Positions 51,440 to 63,900 of a stretch of DNA of 64,000 bases are shown here, piece after piece (within the stretch, counting starts at the first letter, position 1; the number at the start of each line of letters is the position of its first letter). This stretch comes from Eledone cirrhosa. Taxonomy: Eukaryota. Made by a program: the position numbers and the translations under genes. The notes under the pieces are model-generated. The model was not told the DNA's origin and made no database searches. It worked only from the letters and a program-made list of their open reading frames with translations. The DNA lies in assembly GCA_964016885.1 (NCBI GenBank), contig OZ024741.1:265918001-265982000 (forward strand), in the 5' to 3' direction.

Positions 51440-52610
51440 ACACTCTCATACACAAACACTCTCATACACAAACACTCTCTCACACACAAACACGCTCTCA
51501 CACACAAACACTTTCTCACACACAAACACACTCTCACACACAAACACTCTCTCACACACAAACACTCTCTGACACACAAACACTCTCTCACACACAAACA
51601 CTCTCATACACAAACACACTCTCAAACCCAAACATTCTCTCACACACAAACACTCTCTCATACACAAACACTCTCTCACACACAAACACTTTCTCACACA
51701 CAAACACACTCTCACACACAAACACTCTCTCACACACAAACACTCTCACACACACAAACACTCTCTCACACACAAACACTCTCACACACAAACACACTCT
51801 CACACCCAAACATTCTCTCACACACAGACACTCTCTCATACACAAACACTCTCTCACACACAAACACTCTCATACACAAACACTCTCTCATACACAAACA
51901 CTCTCTCACACAAATACTCTCTCACACACAAACACACTCGCACACACAAATACTCTCTCACACACAAACACTCTCTCACACACAAACACTCTCATACACA
52001 AACACTCTCATACACAAACACTCTCTCACACACAAACACGCTCTCACACACAAACACTATCTCACACACAAACACCCTCTAACACAAACACTCTCATACA
52101 CAAACACTCTCACACTCAAACATTCTCTCACACACAAACACGCTCTCACACACAAACACTTTCTCACACACAAACACACTCTCACACACAAACACTCTCT
52201 CACACACAAACACTCTCTGACACACAAACACTCTCTCACACACAAACACTCTCATACACAAACACACTCTCAAACCCAAACATTCTCTCACACACAAACA
52301 CTCTCTCATACACAAACACTCTCTCACACACAAACACTTTCTCACACACAAACACACTCTCACACACAAACACTCTCTCACACACAAACACTCTCACACA
52401 CACAAACACTCTCTCACACACAAACACTCTCACACACAAACACACTCTCACACCCAAACATTCTCTCACACACAGACACTCTCTCATACACAAACACTCT
52501 CTCACACACAAACACTCTCATACACAAACACTCTCTCATACACAAACACTCTCTCACACAAATACTCTCTCACACACAAACACACTCGCACACACAAATA
52601 CTCTCTCACA
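51440..52610 (+). repeat. 648-bp tandem duplication
   Basis: ORF pairs 51446/52094 and 51588/52236; shared CACGCTCT, CTGACAC, CTCAAACCC and CACTCGCAC landmarks. Confidence 0.87.
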
Positions 52611-52619
52611 CCGGAACAC

Positions 52620-55600
52620 TCTCTCACACCCAAACACTCTCTCACACACAAACACTCTCTCACACCCAAACACTCTCTCACACTCAAATACTCTCTCACA
52701 CACAAACACTCTCACACACGAACACTCTCTCACACACAAACACTCTCTCACACACAAACACTATCTCACACACAAACACTCTCTCACACACAAACACACT
52801 CTCACACACAAACACTCTCACACACACAAACACACTCTCACACACAAACACTCTCACACATACAAACACTCTCTCACACACAAACACTCTCTCACACACA
52901 AACACACTCTCACACACAAACACCCTCTCACACACAAACACTCTCACACACACAAACACACTCTCACACACAAACACTCTCTCACACACAAACACTCTCT
53001 CACACACAAACACTCTCTCACACTCAAACACTCTCTCACATACAAACACTCTCTCACACACAAACACTTACTCGCACACAAACACTCTCATACACAAACG
53101 CACTCTCGCACCCAAACACTCTCTCACACACAAACACCGTCTCACACACAAACACTCTCACACACAAACACTCTCTCACACATAAACACTCTCTCATACA
53201 CAAACACTCTCACACACAAACACTCTCTCACACACAAACACTCTCTCACACACAAACACTCTCTCACACACAAACACTCTCTCATACACAAACACTCTCT
53301 CACACACAAACACTCACTCATACACAAACACTCTCTCACACACAAACACTCTCTCATACACAAACACTCTCTCACACACAAACACTCTCTCACACACAAA
53401 TACTCTCTCACACACAATCACTCTCTCACACACAAACACTCTCTCACACACAAACACTCTCTCACACACAAACACTTTCTCACACACAAACACTCTGTCA
53501 CACACAAACACTCTCATACCCAAACACTCTCTCACACACAAACACTCTCTCACACACAAACACTTTCTCACGCACAAACACTTTCTCACACACAAACACT
53601 CTCACACACAAACACTCTCTCTCACACAAACACTCTCTCACACACAAACACTCTCACACACAAACACTCTCTCTCACACAAACACTCTCTCACACACAAA
53701 CACTCTCAAACCCAAACACACTCTCACACACAAACACTCTCTCACACACAAACACTCTCTCACACACAAACTCTCTCTCACACACAAACACTCTCATACA
53801 CAAACACTCTCTCACACAAACAATTTCTCACACACAAACACTATCTCACACACAAACACTCTCTCACACACACACTCTCTCAAACACAAACACTCTCTCA
53901 CACACAAACACTCTCTCACACACAAACACTCTCTCACACACAAACACTCTCATACGCAAACCCACTCTCACACCCAAACACTCTCTCACACTCAAACATT
54001 CTCTCACGAACAAACACTCTCTAGACACAAACACTCTCTCACACACAAACACTCTCTCACACAAATACTCTCTCACATACAAACACTCTCTCACACACAA
54101 ACACCCTCTCTGACACAAACACTCTCTCACATACAAACACTCTCTGATACACAACACTCTCTCACGCACAAACACTCTCTCACACACAAACACTCTCATA
54201 CACAAACACACTCTCACACCCAAACAATCTCTCACACACAAACACTCTCTCACACACAAACACGCTCTCATACACAAACACACTCTCACACACAAACACA
54301 CTTTCACACATAAACACTCTCTCACACACAAACACTCTCATACACAAACACTCTCTCATACACAAACACTCTCTCACACACAAACACTCTCTCACACACA
54401 AATACTCTCTCACACACAAACACTCTGTCACACACAAACACCCTCTCTCACACACAAACACTCTCTCACACACAAATTCTCTCTCACATACAAACACTCT
54501 CTCACACACAAACACCCTCTCTCACACAAACACTCTCTCACACCCAAACACTCTCTCACACCCAAACACTCTCTCACACACAAACACTCTCTCACACCCA
54601 AACACTCTCTCACACTCAAATACTCTCTCACACACAAACACTCTCACACACGAACACTCTCTCACACACAAACACTCTCTCACACACAAACACTATCTCA
54701 CACACAAACACTCTCTCACACACAAACACACTCTCACACACAAACACTCTCACACACACAAACACACTCTCACACACAAACACTCTCACACATACAAACA
54801 CTCTCTCACACACAAACACTCTCTCACACACAAACACACTCTCACACACAAACACCCTCTCACACACAAACACTCTCACACACACAAACACACTCTCACA
54901 CACAAACACTCTCTCACACACAAACACTCTCTCACACACAAACACTCTCTCACACTCAAACACTCTCTCACATACAAACACTCTCTCACACACAAACACT
55001 TACTCGCACACAAACACTCTCATACACAAACGCACTCTCGCACCCAAACACTCTCTCACACACAAACACCGTCTCACACACAAACACTCTCACACACAAA
55101 CACTCTCTCACACATAAACACTCTCTCATACACAAACACTCTCACACACAAACACTCTCTCACACACAAACACTCTCTCACACACAAACACTCTCTCACA
55201 CACAAACACTCTCTCATACACAAACACTCTCTCACACACAAACACTCACTCATACACAAACACTCTCTCACACACAAACACTCTCTCATACACAAACACT
55301 CTCTCACACACAAACACTCTCTCACACACAAATACTCTCTCACACACAATCACTCTCTCACACACAAACACTCTCTCACACACAAACACTCTCTCACACA
55401 CAAACACTTTCTCACACACAAACACTCTGTCACACACAAACACTCTCATACCCAAACACTCTCTCACACACAAACACTCTCACACACAAACACTTTCTCA
55501 CGCACAAACACTTTCTCACACACAAACACTCTCACACACAAACACTCTCTCTCACACAAACACTCTCTCACACACAAACACTCTCACACACAAACACTCT

Positions 55601-56480
55601 CTCTCACACAAACACTCTCTCACACACAAACACTCTCAAACCCAAACACACTCTCACACACAAACACTCTCTCACACACAAACACTCTCTCACACACAAA
55701 CTCTCTCTCACACACAAACACTCTCATACACAAACACTCTCTCACACAAACAATTTCTCACACACAAACACTATCTCACACACAAACACTCTCTCACACA
55801 CACACTCTCTCAAACACAAACACTCTCTCACACACAAACACTCTCTCACACACAAACACTCTCTCACACACAAACACTCTCATACGCAAACCCACTCTCA
55901 CACCCAAACACTCTCTCACACTCAAACATTCTCTCACGAACAAACACTCTCTAGACACAAACACTCTCTCACACACAAACACTCTCTCACACAAATACTC
56001 TCTCACATACAAACACTCTCTCACACACAAACACCCTCTCTGACACAAACACTCTCTCACATACAAACACTCTCTGATACACAACACTCTCTCACGCACA
56101 AACACTCTCTCACACACAAACACTCTCATACACAAACACACTCTCACACCCAAACAATCTCTCACACACAAACACTCTCTCACACACAAACACGCTCTCA
56201 TACACAAACACACTCTCACACACAAACACACTTTCACACATAAACACTCTCTCACACACAAACACTCTCATACACAAACACTCTCTCATACACAAACACT
56301 CTCTCACACACAAACACTCTCTCACACACAAATACTCTCTCACACACAAACACTCTGTCACACACAAACACCCTCTCTCACACACAAACACTCTCTCACA
56401 CACAAATTCTCTCTCACATACAAACACTCTCTCACACACAAACACCCTCTCTCACACAAACACTCTCTCACACCCAAACA
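52620..56480 (+). repeat. 1932/1930-bp tandem duplication; partial further copies at ~57050-58400 and ~61500-62900
   Basis: CTTACTCGCAC 53067->54999 (+1932; again at 61228); TCTAGA at 54020, 55950, 57569, 61859; identical ORF translations 52696/54628, 53142/55074, 53864/55794, 54180/56110. Confidence 0.92.
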
Positions 56481-59400
56481 CTCTCTCACACACAAATACT
56501 CTCTCACATACAAACACTCTCTCACACACAAACACCCTCTCTCACAAACACTCTCTCACACCCAAACACTCTCTCACACACAAATACTCTCTCACACTCA
56601 AACACTCTCACATACAAACACTCTCTCACACACAAACACACTCTCACACACAAACACTCTCACACACACAAACACTCTCACACACACAAACACTCTCTCA
56701 CACACAAACACTCTCTCACACACAAATACCTTCTCATACACAAACACTCTCTCATACACAAACACACTCACACACAAACACCCTCTCACACACAAACACT
56801 CTCTCACACACAAACACTCTCTACACACAAACACTCTCTCACACACAACCACTCTCTCACATACAAACACTCTCTCACACACAAACACACTCACACACAA
56901 ACACCCTCTCACACACAAACACTCTCTCACACACAAACACTCTCTACACACAAACACTCACTCACACACAACCACTCTCTCACACACAAACACTCTCTCA
57001 TACAAACACTCTCTCACACACAAACATTCTCTCACACACATACACTCTCATACACAAACACTCTCACACCCAAACATTCTCTCACACACAAATACTCTCT
57101 CACACACAAACACTCTCTCACACAAATACTCTCTCACATACAAACACTCTCTCACACACAAACACCCTCTCTGACACAAACACTCTCTCACATACAAACA
57201 CTCTCTGATACACAACACTCTCTCACGCACAAACACTCTCTCACACACAAACACTCTCATACACAAACACACTCTCACACCCAAACAATCTCTCACACAC
57301 AAACACTCTCTCACACACAAACTCTCTCACACACAAACACTCTCATACACAAACACTCTCTCACACAAACAATTTCTCACACACAAACACTATCTCACAC
57401 ACAAACACTCTCTCACACACACACTCTCTCAAACACAAACACTCTCTCACACACAAACACTCTCTCACACACAAACACTCTCTCACACACAAACACTCTC
57501 ATACACAAACCCACTCTCACACCCAAACACTCTCTCACACTCAAACATTCTCTCACGAACAAACACTCTCTAGACACAAACACTCTCTCACACACAAACA
57601 CTCTCTCACACAAATACTCTCTCACATACAAACACTCTCTCACATACAAACACTCTCTGATACACAACACTCTCTCACGCACAAACACTCTCTCACACAC
57701 AAACACTCTCATACACAAACACACTCTCACACCCAAACAATCTCTCACGCACAAACACTCTCTCACACACAAACACGCTCTCATACACAAACACACTCTC
57801 ACACACAAACACACTTTCACACATAAACACTCTCTCACACACAAACACTCTCATACACAAACACTCTCTCATACACAAACACTCTTTTCACACACAAACA
57901 CTCTCTCACACACAAATACTCTCTCACACACAAACACTCTGTCACACACAAACACCCTCTCTCACACACAAACACTCTCTCACACACAAATACTCTCTCA
58001 CATACAAACACTCTCTCACACACAAACACCCTCTCTCACACAAACACTCTCTCACACCCAAACACTCTCTCACACACAAATACTCTCTCACATACAAACA
58101 CTCTCTCACACACAAACACCCTCTCTCACAAACACTCTCTCACACCCAAACACTCTCTCACACACAAATACTCTCTCACACTCAAACACTCTCACATACA
58201 AACACTCTCTCACACACAAACACACTCTCACACACAAACACTCTCACACACACAAACACTCTCTCACACACAAACACTCTCTCACACACAAATACCTTCT
58301 CATACACAAACACTCTCTCATACACAAACACACTCACACACAAACACCCTCTCACACACAAACACTCTCTCACACACAAACACTCTCTACACACAAACAC
58401 TCTCTCACACACAACCATTCTCTCACACACAAACACTCTCTCACACAAACACTCTTTCACACACAAAGGCTCTCTCACACACAAACACTCTCTCACACAA
58501 ACACTCTCTCACACACAAACACTCTCTCACACACATACACTCTCATACACAAACACTCTCACACCCAAACATTCTCTCACACACAAACACTCTCTCACAC
58601 ACAAACACTCTCTCACACACAACCACTCTCTCACATACAAACGCTCTCTCACACACAGACACTCTCTCACACACAAACACTCTCTCACACACAAACACTC
58701 TCATACACAAACACTCTCACACCCAAACATTCTCTCACACACAAACACTCTCTCACACACAAACACTCTCTCACACACAAACACTCTCATACACGAACAC
58801 TCTCATACACAAACACTCTCTCACACACAAACACTCTCTCACACACAAACACTCTCTCACACACAAACACTCTCATACACAAACACTCTCACACACAAAC
58901 TTTCTCTCACACACAAACACTATCTCACACACAAACACTCTCTCACACACAAAGACTCTCATACACAAACACTCTCATACACAAACACTCTCTCACACAC
59001 AAACACTCTCTCACACACAAACACTCTCTCACACACAAACACTTTCTCACACACAAACACTCTCTCACACACAAACACTCTCTCACAAACAAACACTCTC
59101 TCACACACAAACACTCTCTCACACACAAACACACTCTCATACACAAACACTCTCTCACACACAAACTATCTCATACACAAACACACTCTCAAACCCAAAC
59201 ACTCTCTCACACACAAACACTCTCATACACAAACACTCTCTCATACACAAACACTCTCTCACACACAAACACTTTCTCACACACAAACACACTCTCACAC
59301 ACAAACACTCTCTCACACACAAACACTCTCTCACACACAAACACTCTCTCACACACAAACACTCTCATACACAAACACACTCTCACACCAAAACACTATC

Positions 59401-62400
59401 TCACACACAGACACTCTCTCATACACAAACACTCTCATACACAAACACTCTCTGACACACAAACACTCTCTCACACACAAACACTCTCATACACAAACAC
59501 ACTCTCAAACCCAAACACTCTCTCACACACAAACACTCTCATAAACAAACACTCTCTCACACACAAACACTCTCTCACACACAAACACTCTCACACACAA
59601 ACACACACAAACACACTCTCACACCCAAACACTCTCTCACACACAGACACTCTCTCATACACAAACACTCTCTCACACACAAACACTCTCTCACACACAA
59701 ACACTCTCTCACACACAAACACTCTCTCACACACAAACACTCTCACACACAAACACTTTCTCACGCACAAACATTTTCTCACAAACAAACACTCTCACAC
59801 ACAAACACTCTCTCTCACACAAACACTCTCTCACACACAAACACTCTCAGACACAAACACTCTCTCTCACACAAACACTCTCTCACACACAAACACTCTC
59901 ATACCCAAACACACTCTCACACACAAACACTTTCTCACACACAAACACTCTCTCACACACAAACACTCTCTCACACACAAACACTCTCATACACAAACAC
60001 TCTCTCACACACAAACACTCTCTCACACACAAACACTCTCACACCCAAACATTCTCTCACACACAAACACTTTCTCACACACAAACACTATCTCACACAC
60101 AAACACTCTCTCACACACACACTCTCTCAAACACAAACACTCTCTCACACACAAACACTCTCTCACACACAAACACTCTCTCACACACAAACACTCTCAT
60201 ACACAAACCCACTCTCACACCCAAACACTCTCTCACACTCAAACATTCTCTCACGAACAAACACTCTCTACACACAAACACTCTCTCACACACAAATACT
60301 CTCTCACATACAAACACTCTCTCACACCCAAACAATCTCTCACACACAAACACTCTCTCATACACAAACACGCTCTCATACACAAACACACTCTCACACA
60401 CAAACAATCTCTCACACACAAACACTCTCATACACAAACACTCTCTCATACACAAACAGTCTCTCACACACAAATACTCTCTCACACACAAACACTCTCT
60501 CACACACAAATACTCTCTCACACCGGAACACTCTCTCACACCCAAACACTCTCTCACACACAAACACTCTCTCACACACAAACACTCTCTCATACACAAA
60601 CACTCTCTCACACCCAAACACTCTCTCACACACAAATACTCTCTCACACACAAACACTCTCACACACGAACACTCTCTCACACACAAACACTCTCTCACA
60701 CACAAACACTCTCTCACACACAAACACACTCTCACACACAAGCACCCTCACACACACAAACACACTCTCACACACAAACACTCTCACACATACAAACACT
60801 CTCTCACACACAAACACTCTCTCACACACAAACACACTCTCACACACAAACACCCTCTCACACACAAACACTCTCACACACACAAACACACTCTCACACA
60901 CAAACACTCTCTCACACACAAACACTCTCTCACACACAAACACACTCTCACACACAAACACTCTCTCACACACAAACACTCTCTCACACACAAACACACT
61001 CTCACACACAAACACCATCTCACACACAAACACTCTCACACACACAAAGACACTCACACACAAACACCCTCTCACACACAAACACTCTCTCACACACAAA
61101 CACTCTCTACACACATATACTCTCTCACACACAAACACTCTCTCACATACAAACACTCTCTCACACACAAAAACTCTCTCACACTCAAACACTCTCTCAC
61201 ATACAAACACTCTCTCACACACAAACACTTACTCGCACACAAACAATCTCTCACACACAAACATTCTCATACACAAACACTCTCTCACACATAAACACTC
61301 TCTCATACACAAACACTCTCACACACAAACACTCTCTCACATACAAACACTCTCATTCACAAACACTCTCTCACACACAAACACTCTCACACACAAACAC
61401 TCTCTCACACACAAACACTCTCTCACACACAAACACTCTCTCACACACAAACACTATCTCACACACAAACACTCTCTCACACACAAACACTCTCACACAC
61501 AAACACTCTCTCTCACACAAACACTCTCTCACACACAAACACTCTCATACCCAAACACACTCTCACACACAAACACTCTCTCACACACAAACACTCTCTC
61601 ACACACAGACTCTCTCTCACACACAAACACTCTCATACACAAACACTCTCTCACACAAACAATTTCTCACACACAAACACTATCTCACACACAAACACTC
61701 TCTCACACACACACTCTCTCAAACACAAACACTCTCTCACACACAAACACTCTCTCACACACAAACACTCTCTCACACACAAACACTCTCATACACAAAT
61801 CCACTCTCACACCCAAACACTCTCTAACACTCAAACATTCTCTCACACACAAACACTCTCTAGACACAAACACTCTCTCACACACAAACACTCTCTCACA
61901 CAAATACTCTCTCACATACAAACACTCTCTCACACACAAACACCCTCTCTGACACAAACACTCTCTCACATACAAACACTCTCTGATACACAACACTCTC
62001 TCACGCACAAACACTCTCTCACACACAAACACTCTCATACACAAACACACTCTCACACCCAAACAATCTCTCACACACAAACACTCTCTCACACACAAAC
62101 ACGCTCTCATACACAAACACACTCACACACACAAACACTCTTTCACACATAAACACTCTCTCACACACAAACACTCTCATACACAAACACTCTCTCATAC
62201 ACAAACACTCTCTTACACACAAACACTCTCTCACACACAAATACTCTCTCACACACAAACACTCTGTCACACACAAACACCCTCTCTCACACACAAACAC
62301 TCTCTCACACACAAATACTCTCTCACATACAAACACTCTCTCACACACAAACACCCTCTCTCACACAAACACTCTCTCACACCCAAACACTCTCTCACAC

Positions 62401-63129
62401 ACAAACACTCTCTCACACACAAATACTCTCTCACATACAAACACTCTCTCACACACAAACACCCTCTCTCTAACAAACACTCTCTCACTCCCAAACACTC
62501 TCTCACACACAAATACTCTCTCACACTCAAACACTCTCACACACAAACACTCTCTCACACACAAACACACTCTCACACACAAACACTCTCACACACACAA
62601 ACACTCTCTCACACACAAACACTCTCTCACACACAAATACCTTCTCATACACAAACACTCTCTCATACACAAACACACTCACACACAAACACCCTCTCAC
62701 ACACAAACACTCTCTCACACACAAACACTCTCTACACACAAACACTCTCTCACACACAACCACTCTCTCACATACAAACACTCTCTCACACACAAACACT
62801 CTCTCACACACAAACACTCTCTCACATACAAACACTCTCTCACACACAAACACTCTCTCACACACAAACACTCTCTCACACAAACACTCTTTCACACACA
62901 AAGGCTCTCTCACACACAAACACTCTCTCACACAAACACTCTCTCACACACAAACACTCTCTCACACACATACACTCTCATACACAAACACTCTCACACC
63001 CAAACATTCTCTCACACACAAACACTCTCTCACACACAAACACTCTCTCACACACAACCACTCTCTCACATACAAATGCTCTCTCACACACAAACACTCT
63101 CTCACACACAAACACTCTCTCACACACAA

Positions 63130-63900
63130 ACACTCTCATACACAAACACTCTCACACACAAACTTTCTCTCACACACAAACACTATCTCACACACAAACA
63201 CTCTCTCACACACAAAGACTCTCATACACAAACACTCTCATACACAAACACACTCTCACACACAAACACTCTCTCACACACAAACACTTTCTCACACACA
63301 AACACTCTCTCACACACAAACACTCTCTCACACACAAACACTCTCTCACACACAAACACTCTCTCACACACAAACACACTCTCATACACAAACACTCTCT
63401 CACACACAAACACTCTCATACACAAACACACTCTCAAACCCAAACACTCTCTCACACACAAACACTCTCATACACAAACACTCTCTCACACACAAACACT
63501 CTCTCACACACAAACACTCTCATACACAAACACTGTCACACACAAACTTTCTCTCACACACAAACACTATCTCACACACAAACACTCTCTCACACACAAA
63601 GACTCTCATACACAAACACTCTCATACACAAACACTCTCTCACACACAAACACTCTCTCACACACAAACACTCTCTCACACACAAACACTTTCTCACACA
63701 CAAACACTCTCTCACACACAAACACTCTCTCACACACAAACACTCTCTCACACACAAACACTCTCTCACACACAAACACACTCTCATACACAAACACTCT
63801 CTCATACACAAACACTCTCTCACACACAAACACTTTCTCACACACAAACACACTCTCACACACAAACACTCTCTCACACACAAACACTCTCTGACACACA
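63130..63900 (+). repeat. 384-bp tandem duplication, related to the block at ~58880-59430
   Basis: AAAGACTCTCATA at 58951, 63214 and 63598, each preceded by AAACTTTCTCTC and CTATCTC units. Confidence 0.83.

Noticed and set aside
31602-54024. Giant + strand ORFs (2688, 3025, 1880, 2151, 2174 aa) as His/Thr-rich protein genes
   Set aside because: They are pure monomer translations, overlap in all three frames, and drift between the three repeat peptides at 2-bp indels. They have no unique domain or signal peptide, and their ATGs are sporadic CATG variants. The lack of stops follows from the G-less composition.
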